From Octopus bimaculoides (taxonomy: Eukaryota): DNA of 64,000 nt. A program made the position numbers and the translations under genes. The notes under the pieces were generated by a model, which saw only the letters and a program-made list of their open reading frames with translations, was not told the DNA's origin and ran no database searches. Positions 12,487 to 25,261 of the stretch are shown piece after piece (position 1 is the stretch's first letter; each line of letters begins with the position of its first letter). The stretch lies in contig NC_068984.1 in NCBI RefSeq assembly GCF_001194135.2, positions 15,500,726 to 15,564,725 on the forward strand, given 5' to 3'.

Positions 12487-13715
12487 ATTACAACAAAAGC
12501 AAGTCCATGAACATTTAACAACAGACTTTATTAAAGGAAGGCTAAGCATGTATGCATGCATAAGCAACGTGACAAGGTCACAGGGATTGACTTAACTATA
12601 TAATTGCTTGGCCAATTGTAATCTGGAAAGTGAGATACAAAAAGTTATGAGTCTGCCACAATTTGTTACGGTTTTCTCTTGATTTGCTTGGTAAAAACTG
12701 AGATCTGTCCTACTTGAAATGCTAACAACACTCTAGGATGATTTTGGTGCTGAATTTTTTAACTAGTGAAAAAAGATACGACTCTCAAGAATATTTGAGA
12801 TGTTGTTCATGACATAATTTCAAGCTGAATGATCAATCATTTTATAGGTTGTTCATGTGAAAATGGTGTGGTTTCATTCATGACAGTGAAATGGCAACTC
12901 TACATTTGTGGTTCAGATACATATTCAATGACAGCTACTGTCACTCAACTACAATAAGATGATTTCAAAGATTGCCACGGGGACATATTCTGTAGGAGAT
13001 GTGTTTAATCAATCCAGTTAATTTGTTATAATTCCATTCACATCTTGGGTACCTTGCAGGAATACAAATTTGCCTGTTGTCTAAACCTGTCAAAATATTC
13101 AGTTACTGGAAGGATCAACAATCAACGGGGACAGCGTTGAACTGGTAGAGTCAGAACCTTGGCCAAAATGCATACACAATATTTAATTACGACACCTACA
13201 TTCTAAGATCAAATCCTGCCTATGGTAACTTTGTCTTTTTCTTCTGGTATGCAACCAGTCGCTGTGATAAAAAACACAAAATTCCCCACAAATGGTTTCA
13301 ATATTTGGAAGAATTTGACAAAAGCTCTCCGGTAATTTTCTTCATGTAAATAAATGTTTATATAAATTTTAAAATTTGTCAGCAAAACCTTATAAAATGA
13401 CAAAGTTCTAAAAGATGTACATGTTTATATATTTGTAGTAGATCTTGCAGGCATGAAGTGGATTCAATCCTAGATAGCCAAATTTAAATTAACACTTCAA
13501 CAGAACTTTTCTCTTTCTGTGACAGTTTACATTTGCCAGATGCCTTAGCTAAGCCGAAATAATGTCTTCACCACTTGACCCTTCTAACCTCTTCTATTTC
13601 AACAAAAGCTAGAATTAAGATAACAAGACTACCAATTAAATCTATTGTTCTCAATGATATGTCTATCCTTCTAGATAATTATAAAAACAAGAACTCCCAA
13701 GCAAAAATCAGTTAG

Positions 13716-14530
13716 TCACTTGGTTTTTGGTCTCCACATGATCCATGCTCCTACGACCCACAGGGACGTCAAATGTGGCAGGAAGAACTTGACATGCAGT
13801 GACCACACACGTTCACCATCCAGGTAGAGCCAGAGGTGTCTCAGCCTCAGCGCACACATGCGCATCATCAGCCAAGGCATCCCTAACCCACCCTTTAGTG
13901 GTTTCTGGCAGCAGATGGAATGCCTCACAAGTGATGGTTTCCCCTCCCACAAAAAGTGGAAAAGGATCCGTTCCAACTTGTTCAGCCACAAACCAGGACA
14001 AGGCACAATGGTTAGGCGGTAGGTTATCACAGATGCTATAAACATCTACGCAACCTCTGCCCTCCCTAGCAAGGATAGCGACCTCCCAGACCAAGTCTGG
14101 GTTATGGCCGTCACCTTACCCGTGACTTCACGCCAGTTTTCTCCAACTGGAGATCTGGACCAAACCAGACTCCAAGCAGTTTAACTGGGTCCTCTGTCCA
14201 ATGTCCCATGATGCTGTTGGGAGGCTTCAACTTGCCCCTCCAGTAGCCGAGTTGCAAGCTGACTGGTTTTTCCTGGTTAATTTTTGCTCCTGTCACCGCT
14301 TCGTATCTTTTGATGGCTACTTCTACACAAGGTAGCTGCCCTTCATCAGACACAATGATGGTGACATCATCCACATATGCCGTCGCTTTCCTACTGTAAC
14401 AAAAATCACGTGTGTGTCCCCCNNNNNNNNNNNNNNNNNNNNNNNNNGTCACCTCCAACCTCCACAGTAGTGACTCAAGAGCCAATGCATACAGAAGTGG
14501 GGACAGAGGGCAGCCCTGGTGAACTGAATA
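13716..14530 (-). mobile_element. L1/Tx1-clade LINE reverse transcriptase fragment
   Basis: QGCPLSPLLYALALE, AYVDDVTII, TGAKINQEK, VKLLGVWFG and LFHFLWEGK...GGLGMP motifs, frameshifted and interrupted by a short N gap. Confidence 0.9.
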
Positions 14531-15592
14531 TTTGATTGCAAATGGCTTTGAAAAGAAACCAAAAATATAATCACAGAAATTTTTATATGATTCTCGATTT
14601 CATTTTTCCGATTTCCATTAAGTCATAACTCTCCCAAATCTAAATGTTTTGTATTGTCCCCTTCCTGTGTGTCATTCATTGACAAATAAAGAAATAAGTT
14701 AGTTACTTGGTGACAATTCAGTTAGTCGGCTCATGAAAACTCAATCAGTTAGTTAATGAATTATAACTCGAGTCAGAGACAGCTACCATCAGTTAGGGAG
14801 CGGAATACTAGAATCATGAACACAAGCAAGACAGCTACTAAAGACAATGGTCAGAGGGAGAAATGAAATTTACTGTCAGCAACTATGAGACAACCTCCCA
14901 CGACCCTACAACTTTCACTAGCTCAAATTCTGTTCTCTTACAACATCATTCTATCGCTATCTATGGATTACTGCTAAGAAAACGTGTACACAAAACTATA
15001 TAAGGAAAATCTACCACATCTAACTTTACTTTGCATGCTCTAGGATTTTATCACCTGCCCGTCGAGGCAAGGTGTATTCAATGTAACAGTAAAAATAAAT
15101 ATTTTCTTACCAACTTCAATCACTGTTCTTTCATCTTTACATAATGGCAATCAACAAAGAACCAATCCTTACAAACTGATTACGACTCCAACATTTCATC
15201 CTAATGTATACCAAATCCATCTTATTGTTGGCAAATCAATCACAACAGTCACAAACTCAACCTCTACCGTTACAAATTTTTACTGTTACAACTTATATAT
15301 GAAAATAAAAATTGTTTTACAGAAAACTTTAATTCTTTTTTTTTTTAATGTTATGATAGATACATTTCAGAGGCAATATTTCGTACCCTCTCCTCGTGTT
15401 CTGAGTTCAAATGCTGTCAAAGTTGACTAACTCCGTTCATTGTTGTCAATGAAATAAATGCAAGACATACTTGACTGATTCAATCGATTGGTATATGACC
15501 ATTTCGGTAATCTGTGATCGAAGCAGCGTCAATTGAATAAAGAAAACAAACAAAAAAAAAAACAATAGTGCAAAATGTACCAAAGAAGTAAC

Positions 15593-15775
15593 GGTAAATT
15601 TTCAGATTAACACTTGCACGATTTTCCCTAGGGTGTTAGTGTTAGGGTTTTAGGGTCAGGATTAGGGTGTTAAGGTTAGAATTAGGGTTAGGGTTTAGGG
15701 TTAGTGTTAGGGTTAAGGTTAGGGTTTTAAGGTTAGCGTTAGGTAATCGTGCGGGTATTAATCTGAAAATTTACC
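15593..15775. mobile_element. 183-bp TIR element (MITE) with GG termini, 8-bp TSD and a TTAGGG-like interior
   Basis: 31-bp TIRs with 3 mismatches (GGTAAATTTTCAGATTAA...GCACGATT). Perfect TSD GAAGTAAC at 15585-15592 and 15776-15783. The interior is degenerate TTAGGG units. Confidence 0.9.
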
Positions 15776-17503
15776 GAAGTAACTTGGCTATCCCGAATAC
15801 TCAAAAGAAATAAGTTTACATCTTTCCAAGAAAAACATACTTTTCGATTTATAACTTTCTCTTCAGATATACTTCCAACGTAATCGCAATTTTGTTTAGT
15901 TTTCCAAATGCATTACTTTTTTGTATTTTCATCAATATTGGTCGAATAGGTTTCCTAGACTGTGTTGAGAAATGAAACAGTAGTTTATAACCGTAACCAT
16001 TTACTTGATCATTTCGATCATTCAGGATGGTCAAGATAATGTTGGACACTCTACATTATTGTTGCTTTAATTTTAATTGAGACGGATTTCGTCAAAGATT
16101 GCCCTTGATTCTTCAGATTGGTTGCGTTGTGCCAGTATGATAAACCATATAAACTACATTTGATTTTACCGCGAACACAGACAACTCCCAAATAAATTCC
16201 TTAATAGTTTTTGTATTGCTTACCTTCACATGAGTTCCTTTTGCAATTTTGTATGCTTTGCTTCTGGTTTTTGGTAGGGTTAATCTTTTATCTAATTCCG
16301 ATTTTCTATTTGGACACCAGACGTTAGCATGTTTTGCTTCGTATTTCTCAAAATACTAAATGACCCCTAATCATTGGTGGGCTAATCACATACAGGAGGG
16401 ATAAAAAAAGATCAAGCATCAGATTTGAAATTAAGCACAGGGTGTGTTCGATATATTATCGATCGATCGATTATAATCCGGTAAGGAAGTGTCCTAGAAT
16501 GGTCGCAAGCCCAAATGATTGACGCCAGTAAAAAGAAGAAGAAACAAAATTGGTACAGATATATATTCCAGCGACAATATTTTTGGCCAACTTCATAGAA
16601 GCCAGATTTTATACGCAATCATAATATAAATGTTGAAACACCGCTATTTTAGGCAATATATATAAAATAAACACCACAGAGTTACAGAAACGAACAACAG
16701 GAATGTTGGGGGAAAAATTAATGAAAAATATATAAAATGCCCAAAGACATGTGATATTATATTAACTGAAATTTGTAATATTATCTTGGAATAGTAGTGG
16801 AAAATGTTTGTAAATTTCTAGTCCGGAATGAACCGATAAACTGATTCAGAAGAAAAATAATTGTTCTTTTAGTTCATATTCTGTCAAACAGCATTGGAAT
16901 AATATAAACAGTTCCGTCTTCGTTCCTATATACTTGATAGACAGCAGTTCTCATATACATATATATATGTAAGGGACGACCGTGCGAACTCAAAAAGGAG
17001 AAACTACATATATATACGTGTGTGTCTGTTTCAATGTGTGTGTGTTTATGTATACAATAGATGGTTTAAAATCGTTAAATTGATTTACTGACTGGGAAAT
17101 TATTTGATACATATGTCGCAAATTTTAGAAGAAGTCAAACAAGATTGAATACTTCAAAAAGAACTATGAAAGCTCTATACAGTAATAGTCAAACAATATT
17201 TCTGCAAATATCACGAATGAATTTAATATGAACGTTTACGATAAGCAAAAAAGAAGCTTGATACATAACGAAAGAAGATATATAAAAACATTTAACGATT
17301 TGTACGATGACTATAATAAAACTAGCAATCAGAAAACTAATCATATCTAGTTATTTTACTGAATTATACAGTAAAAGCAATTTGTTTCTGTCATAAAGGA
17401 TAAAGTTGAAAAAATAAATATAAAAACATCAACACAAAGACGTTACTTCAGGGAAATGAATTCATATATTAAAAGTAAAGCGCTTGATGATGGGAGGTTC
17501 ATA

Positions 17504-17575
17504 GCCGTGATCGTCTAGTGGTTAGGACCCCACGTTGTGGCCGTGGTAACCCAGGTTCGAATCCTGGTCACGGCA
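17504..17575 (+). tRNA. tRNA-His(GUG)
   Basis: 72-nt cloverleaf: acceptor stem GCCGTGA/TCACGGC, anticodon arm CCACG-TTGTGGC-CGTGG, T arm with GGTTCGAATCC. No intron. Followed by T-runs. Confidence 0.97.
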
Positions 17576-17587
17576 GCCTCCCTATAA

Positions 17588-17601
17588 TTTTAGCTTTTTT
17601 T
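17588..17601 (+). terminator. Pol III oligo-T terminator of the tRNA-His gene
   Basis: TTTT at 17588-17591 and a T7 run at 17595-17601, directly downstream of the tRNA. Confidence 0.7.
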
Positions 17602-17789
17602 AAATAATTTTTTTTTCTCCATATGGCAGAAATCAAGGGACGCACGATATTATAATTGGATTTTCAAAGGATTTTTTGCTACTGTATTTTCAATCGTAAT
17701 TAGTGTCATTTGAAGGTGTCTAGGTTGCCATCGGGCTAATAAATGGTTTACTGTGTCGCGATGCAGAACAATATTGGCTATGGCAAATG

Positions 17790-17957
17790 GCCAGCTGATT
17801 ATATCGACTCAGTGCTCGACTGGTATTGCTTTATCAACCCCGAAAGGATAAAAGGCAAAAATCGACCTCGGCGGAATTTGAACTCAGAATGTTACGACAA
17901 ATGAAATATCGCTAAGCATTTTGCCCGGCGTGCTATTGATTCTTCCAGCTCGCCGCC
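17790..17957 (-). mobile_element. tRNA-derived SINE, family B (representative copy)
   Basis: GGCGGCGAGCTGG head and GAGTTCAAATTCC B-box-like motif. Related pieces at about 10640-10790, 17975-18105, 26060-26240, 38140-38280 and 46030-46130. Confidence 0.8.
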
Positions 17958-18254
17958 ATTGCAGGAAGACTAATACTCTTTTCTACTCTAGGCACAAGGC
18001 CCGAAACTCTTGGGGAGGTGGGGGGGGCAGTCGATTAGATCGACCCCTAATACGCAACTGGTACTTAATTTATCAACCCTGAAAGGCAAAGTCGACCTCA
18101 GCGGAATCAACCCTAGCACTTAACTTATTATTTTTTAAAGCCTGTTACCTATTCTGTCGAATTCTTTTGGCCGAACCGTTAAGTTACGGGGGACAAACAC
18201 ACCAGTTGTCAAGCGGTAGTAGGGGACGAACACAAAGACATACGTACACATATA

Positions 18255-18737
18255 TGTAGCGGGATAGTGTAGCAGAAGAAATAGGCACGTGGACAACATC
18301 AAAGTAAAACAATGGGAAAGCATCGGATTGTGGTTTAAATAATTTATTTAATAGACACTCGCATTTACTTGTTGTATACATCAAAAAATTCACTACATGA
18401 CATTACCAACTTGCTTCGAGATAGCGAAGAAGAAAATAAACAGGAGAAATACTGTGTCGATGAAATGAGGTAGAACCGGACATGTTTTGTGTCTGTATGT
18501 GCGTTGGTCATTCGGTGGTGTCTGTTTATGTTCTGCGACTGTGTTGGGTCGTTCATGCTGAATATATGGTTCTATGTTGGCTGCTTTGACTGGCACAAGT
18601 TACTTGCTGGCTGTCTGCTTGTCTCTTGACAGTTCACTTGGTGATGGCTATCTGCAGTCTCTTGACGGATTGCCGCTTGATGGCTATCTCACTGTATTTA
18701 TAATGGTCATGACAGCTAGAAGGACATACATACCACA
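18255..18737 (-). mobile_element. Possible solo-LTR-like segment inserted in a SINE
   Basis: TG...CA ends, a minus-strand TATAAATA (18695-18702) upstream of AATAAA (18343-18348), and a 36-bp tandem duplication (18622 and 18658). No TSD was found and the right boundary is uncertain. Confidence 0.35.
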
Positions 18738-19329
18738 GGAGTAATTTCTACTTATGTAAGTCACCTCCTGTCCACTTGAACCTTAAATAACACAGCTCAG
18801 GTGGTAGATCGAAGACAAATCCATCCATCACTTTTTTGCCAGGACAAAGAAATTTCTTTCGTACCTGTTTGGTCAGTGGTGGATCAGACGAGCGAGAATC
18901 CTTAGATTCGGTTTCGAATCTCAGCTCGGAAAAGGAAGTGCAAGTTTTTATATATATATCATCATCATTTAATGTCTGTTTTCCAACGGTTTGACAGTTG
19001 CTGGTCAGCAGAAGAGCGCTCTAGGCTCCATGTGTGTTTTGGCATGGTTTCTATGATGAGATGCCCTTCCTAATACCAACCACCTTACAGAGTGTACTGG
19101 GTGCTTTTACGTTGCATTTACGTGGTACCAGTATGGGTGCTTTTTATGTGTTATCGGCACCCACAAAATTATGAATGTTCAACTGGAGAAGGATGCAAAG
19201 GACATGCCTGTATGCAAGGACATGATTTTACTTAGCTTCATGTGTCCCCTGTTATTCCCTCTGTGAAGCCCAACACCTGAAGATCCACTCTCACCACTTC
19301 ATCCCATATATATCAATGAAATGCTTGTA

Positions 19330-20481
19330 GAAAGCCTGATTGCTAATAGCCACAGTTTGGCATAGATGTCAAGATTGCAGTAGAAGAGTAACTACAATAG
19401 GGCTGCTTTATAGACGACAATTTTGGTTTTTCCTTCATGAACATAGATGAATAAGTTGTCTGTATCGCCAACTCTGGAACAACCATGTGAAAAGCATGAC
19501 GTTCGAAGGCTCAATCTGACAACTTTCAGCGATTGACCTTGTGCTTTGTTAATTGCCATGGCGAAGCTGAGTTTGAGAGGGAACTGAAGTTTCCGCACAC
19601 GGTTGGCGCAGTCTGTTGGGGTTAGCGGAATTTTCGGAATAAAAACGGTATCGTTTTTGCCGTGTCCTGTGATAATTTGGGCTTCAATGATGTAGTCCAT
19701 TATTTGTTTGACCACAAGACAAGTTCAATTGCAGAGTGTAGATGCATTTGGACTGCGTAGGAGGATGACAGGGCAACCGACTTTTAAGTGAAGTTCATGG
19801 GGAGGGAGTCCTTGAGAATGTTGGAAGTTGAGAAATTCTGTTGGAAAGTGTGTAATCTGATCGGGGTCAGTAACAGTATCAATTGATCTGTAACAACGTC
19901 CTTGAGAAGGTAGCTTACTGAGTAAGTCGTAGTTAAGAGTGGTGACAGCTGCATTTTTAGGTGCAAGAACAGCCCTGTGCTAACATGCAAATATCGGCAG
20001 TTTGCAGTGAACGGGCGTTATAAAAACTGTATAACTGTCACAACTTTGTATGTGCAAAAGCAGAGAATATATGTAATATGGATTAACTTCTGAAGGCATT
20101 TAAAATACAATTAAAAGTTGATTTAAATTGCATGGCTGCCTCAAAGAACTGCTAATGTGCAAATATCGGCGGTTTGCTGTGAATGGGTATTGTAAAAAAT
20201 GTAGAAGACAAAGTGAAAGTAGCGTAACGTCATCAAAAGTAATGTCCCTTGAAGCAAAGATCGTTGGTATTTATTATTTACCTATGAGATGGTGTTTTCG
20301 TCCCATAGGGGCGGATTTACTTATTATGTGGAAAATTTGAAGAGTCTATGACCATCTCTGAAATATAAGTGATGTATGTTCCCAGCATGAACGAGATTGG
20401 ATGGAAAATATTGATCTTAAGGAGGGGGTCAAGCAAAAGGCCAGTACACACACATATCTTCCGTTTTATTATATATATAGA
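19330..20481 (-). mobile_element. Internally deleted Helitron retaining the PIF1-like helicase C-terminus
   Basis: About 19976 to 19392 reads RAVLAPKN...FPTEFLN...GLPPHELHLKVGCPVILLR...CN*T...QFPLKLSFAMAINKAQGQSL, with one stop. A 5' end A|TCTATATATATAATAAAA lies at 20481. The 3' end is uncertain. Confidence 0.8.
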
Positions 20482-20535
20482 TGTATATATGGGTCAATAT
20501 ACATACATATATATACATATGTGACACTTATTCGG

Positions 20536-20609
20536 TAGCCATGATAAAACTCCGAGTTTCGGATGCCGGGGCAGAAACCCACGCCGCCATCTCTTCAGTT
20601 ATCTGGCCA
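20536..20609 (-). ncRNA. Candidate minimal type I hammerhead ribozyme
   Basis: The minus strand reads GGCCAGAUAA-CUGAAGA-[31-nt stem-loop]-GAAA-CUCGGAGU-U-UUAUCAUGGCU. The CUGANGA and GAAA cores are present with stems I, II and III all pairable. One extra C sits at the base of stem II. Confidence 0.6.
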
Positions 20610-20773
20610 TTGAAAATTCATATGAAAATGACTGTTAAACAAAGGGAAATTACTGTGTGATTGACCGTTATTAAGACAAAAGAGCTATAGACCGCTAAGT
20701 AAGGGGAGGGAGTAAAGGTAAGGGAGTAAAAGAGTCCATAGTATTTGTGTGAGCGCACCAAAAAAAAAAGGGT

Positions 20774-21125
20774 GTAACTATTGTGACCACGGTACTCTTT
20801 AGTTATAATCACCCCATTAAAAAATCGGGTTATCTCCCCTAACTAAAAACTTGTTTAACCCTCAATAAAATAAAAAAATGAAAAAATTAATAAACATTAA
20901 AAATGAAAAGATTAAACATCATATTGAATCTAATAACATTTTTATAACAAATCATACCATGCCTATTGAGGAGGCCAAACGTCAACACTGTGTTGAAGTA
21001 TTGAATCAAAAGGATCTAAGCCTTTTAATCCAATCTCTTGTTGCCACATAACCTGATTTTTTAGTGGGGAGATAACCCAATTTTTTAATGGGGGTGAGAT
21101 AGCCAAAAAGTACCGTGACTGTTAC
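20774..21125. mobile_element. MITE-like element with roughly 60-70-bp inverted ends
   Basis: 20788-20848 is the imperfect reverse complement of 21056-21117, around an AT-rich interior. No TSD was identified. Confidence 0.65.
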
Positions 21126-21239
21126 CAAATAAAACCAAATGAAAAAGAACTGGCACCACAAGTGCATCTGTGGGTGAACAAACCTGAAAGAACAAAAATT
21201 CGTAACTGCTGTGACCACTACCAAATAAATGCCCTATTC

Positions 21240-22950
21240 CACAAGTTCCATCCATTCTCAATGATCAGCACTTCTTTATGCAACTGTCCACATCCATATG
21301 CATCATGACTGGATCAGCTGTTGCACACTGCATCTAAATCTTCTTATGCCTAACTTTTCTCTCAGTACACTAGCATTCATCACACATGTACACAGATATT
21401 GCATATCCAATGGAGCATGCCAGCTTCATTTCTCTCTAGTTTTCACTTGTCCTCTGCATTCAAGGCCTATGTCTAACTACCACGTAGCATTGCTGTTCAT
21501 ACACACACATCATATAATCTTCCTTTCACTTGGAGAGAGACCTTTGATTGCCAACAGACAAAAGCTCTCTGAACTTTCTCCATTGTACTCTTATTCTAAC
21601 AATTACACTTTCAGTACATCTTCCTCCACTGCTAATTAGATCCCTTAGGTAACTGAAATTATCCACTACTTCTAGAGAGCCTCCAGGGTATTTAAGGGAA
21701 TCAATCTCTCGTGTATCTGTAGACTTTATTGCTCCTGAACATCTTCCACGTAGAAACGCTATTTTGTTCACTTTTCTTATTATTCTACTGCACCTCTTGT
21801 GTACCCATAGCTTGCACAGGGTACACCAAATGGAATCCCAGCCTCCACCTTTCCTATGTATCAAGCAAGGCCATTTACCTGAAATGGGTGGGGTACTGTC
21901 TGATTTCATGCTTACCAGAACCTTGGCTTTTGTTAAGTTAACTTTAAGGCCCCTTCATTCCAGATTTTTCTTTAACTGCTGGAATTTCTTTTCTAGTTCT
22001 GTTACAGATTCTGCTTTGAGAGCAAGATCATCAGCATATAGTAGTTCCCACGGGCACTTGTTATGAGACCTAGTTGTGTGAACACCTAGCTGTACACTAA
22101 ATTTGTCATTGTGCACATGGCTAATACTTACCTTACTAACAACACGTGGCCTGTATTGCTTTCACAAACCAGTTGCCTACCGCTAGCTTCCTCAGAAACC
22201 ACCACATCACACAGCAAGGCATTCTGCCACAGGCTTTCTCTAGATCGACAAATGCCGTATAAAACAGCTTAATCTTAGCTAAATACTTCTCTTACAGTTG
22301 CCAGACTAGGAAAATAACATGCTTCTCCCCAGCAAAAAGTCAAACTGCATTTTATCTAGTCTGATTATGTTCCTAATTAACTGGGCTATAACTCTCTCCA
22401 TAACTTTCATCTCCTAATCCAGCATTTTGATGCCTATATAATTATTTCTATCTAAGACATCTTCTTTATCATTGTAACAGCTGACTATGATTGTCACATG
22501 AGCCACTGGAGATTATGCCTTCCTGGATAACCTGATTAAACTATTCAGGCGACTAGACCGTATCTTACTCTACTAGATATTTTAAGCATCTCAGCAGTAA
22601 TTCCTGATGGACCAGTAACTTTCCCTGTCTTCATGTCTTTAATTACTTTATGTATCATACTGCTGTCAACTAGAATAGCTGGTCCCTCTGTTGGGTTCAT
22701 ATAGGGAAGACTCCCTTTCTCCCATTTATTCTCCACTTTTAACAGCCTTTCATAGAAGCTCTTCCATACCTCTTTCTTTTCAGACTTGCTAAGTGAAACT
22801 ATACTATTATCCATCGGTACACACTTCTTTCCACATCTTGACTCTCTCTGACACTTCAAGCCTCTGATCTTCATGCTGTAAGACATTAGCAAATCTCTTC
22901 CTTTCTGCTTCTGCCCTAACTAGATAAACCTGACACCTAACTCCCCTTTT
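21240..22950 (-). mobile_element. RTE-type LINE ORF2 fragment (RT plus PHD-like insert)
   Basis: MKTGKVTGPSGITAEML, YADDL at about 22030, WCTLCKLWVHKRCS and VVDNFSYL motifs; disrupted. Confidence 0.9.
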
Positions 22951-24384
22951 AGCTACCTAATATGGTTCTCTGCTACCCCTGCTTTTCCACTCTTTTTAAA
23001 CCTATCTCTTTTCTTTTATGGCCCTGTCAACCTCAAATTTCAAAAATGATAAACAAGTGTTGCAGAGGAAGAATAGAGCTACAGAAAAAAAAAAAAAATC
23101 ATAACCCATACGATAGAAATATTTTAATTCAAATAACTTTGGAAAGGATTGAATTAAATGAAAAAAAAAAAATCTCTAACAACCCAATACATCATGTAGA
23201 GATATGATAACAGGTAAAAGTTTTGTCTGGGAGTCTCTGTATTTAGTGAGACTATGGATCAGCATCTAGAAAGTTCCTCTCCAAGGTACAAACCTTTGTG
23301 GAAGAAAGGCAACAGTGTTATTACAGATGTTGCCATCAGAAAGCAAAGAATTGAAACATGTACCACAAGGCATCCTGTATGATACTCTAACAATTTTGTT
23401 GAGCAACATTGGGTTGTACAGGTAAAGTAGTAAGCTCAGACTTCCATTTAGCACTATCGGGGAAGAATTCAAAGTAATTCATAAATTAAAGGACACCAAA
23501 GCATCTGTGAAAGAGGTCAGTGTGAGGGGAAGAGATGGAGAGCAGCCGTAGTAGAGGCACAACTGAAATACAAGGCCCTTTTTGCAAAATATGGCACAGA
23601 GCAGGGATAGACTCAGGAGTTAAACATCAACCTGATATAACTCAACCAGAGCAGTGTGAGAATAAGGTATTTGGGTAAGTGGATTTGCCAGCAGTAAAGA
23701 GGCATGGCTCAGTGGCTAGAGTGTTGGATCACAATCATGAGGGAGTGAGTTTGATTCCCGGACCAGACTGTGTGTTGTGTTCTTGAGCAAGACACTTTAT
23801 TTCACATTGCTCCAGTTCATTCAGCTGTAGGAATGAGTTGCAATGTCACTGGTGCCAAGCTGTATCAGCCTTTGCCTTTCCCTTGGACAACATCAGTCGC
23901 ATGGAGAGAGGAGGCTGGTCTGCATGGGCAACTGCTGGTCTTCCATAAACAACCTTGCCTGGACTTATACCTCAGAGAGGAACTTTCTAGGACCAATACA
24001 ATGGTCATTCATGACCAAAAGGGGTCTTTACTCTTTACCGTTATCCTATTTGTCACCAATTAATAGGAAGTTTGTGAAATTTTTTTTTGTTGATAACCAA
24101 TTAAAAGCTAAAATCTGTGGATGACATTGCTTGTTGAAATATTGCAAAAGAATGTGAAGACATTATGAAAAAATGCAAGAGCTGACACTTCAGTTAAAAT
24201 ACTCTAAAGAACTGTATTCTTGAATTTACTGATGAGAAAAGAATTTCGTCTGATGACTCCAAATAAGAAAGCTAACTGAGTTCTTCCAGTAACGATTTTA
24301 CATTTTGTTACAAAATTAAAAATTGTAAGGGAGATAATCATCATTCGAATCTGGTACTTGGTATTGAATGAGTGATAAAGATAA

Positions 24385-25261
24385 CCATCCTTTAACGTCC
24401 ATTTTCTTTGCTGGCATGGGCTGGACGGTTTGACAGGAGCTGTTCAGTCAGGGAGCTGTCCAGACTGCAAATTGTCTGTTATGGAACGATTTCTACAGCT
24501 GGATGCCCTTCCTAATGCCAACAACTTTATAGCGTGCTTTTCATGTATCACAGGCACAAGTGTATTTACACAGCACCAACATGAGTGCATTTGACATGGC
24601 ACCAGCACTTGTAAAGGACAAGCCTGTATATATGGAGGACTGCAATTTTACTTAGCTTGATGTATCTTCTCAAATACAGCAAATCACCACAACTCCCAGT
24701 CTGTTGTCATTTCCTCAGTGAGGCCCAGTATCTGAAGATCCTTTATCACCTCTTTGTCCCATGTCTTCCTGGGCCAACCCCTTCCACAGGTTTCCTCCAC
24801 AATTAGAGCTTGGCACTTCTTTATGCAGCTGTCCTCATCCATATGCATCACATGACCAAACCAGCACAGTCTTCTCTCTTGCACACATCTGATGCCTCTT
24901 AGACCCAGTTTTCCTCTTACAGCACTTACATTCTGTCATGTGTATACACTGACATTACCCATCCAGTGGGGCATGATAACTTCATTTCTTTCAAGCATTC
25001 ACAAGTCCTCTGTAGTCAATGTCTATGTTTCACTGCCATGAGCATTACTGTCCATACACACGCATTATACAATCTGCCTTACACTCTGAGAGAGAAGCCC
25101 TTAGTTACCAAGAAAGGTAACTTCGTCCACTCCATTTTTATTCTAACAATTACACTTTCAGAACTTCTTCTTCCACTGCTAACTTGGTCGCCTAGGTAAC
25201 AGAAACTATCCACTACCTCTAATGATCCCACAGAACATTTGAGCAAGTCTATTGACTGCAC
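24385..25261 (-). mobile_element. RTE-type LINE 3' fragment with UTR
   Basis: VVDSFCYLGDQVSSG and RRLCWFGHVMHMDEDSC...GWPRKTW motifs, followed by the family 3' UTR. Confidence 0.88.

Noticed and set aside
14640-15195. Possible solo LTR (TATA, AATAAA, repeated CAGTTAG)
   Set aside because: No TSD and no convincing TG...CA boundary pair.
15849-16618. Short minus-strand ORFs and exon-like pieces near the tRNA
   Set aside because: Donor sites exist, but no phase-consistent ORF or known motif could be assembled.
23280-23400. CR1/L2-like RT trace (FVEERQQC, HVPQGIL)
   Set aside because: Too short and degenerate to call confidently by eye.
24229-24280. Two CTGATGA motifs followed by GAAAGCT
   Set aside because: No pairable stem I or stem II.
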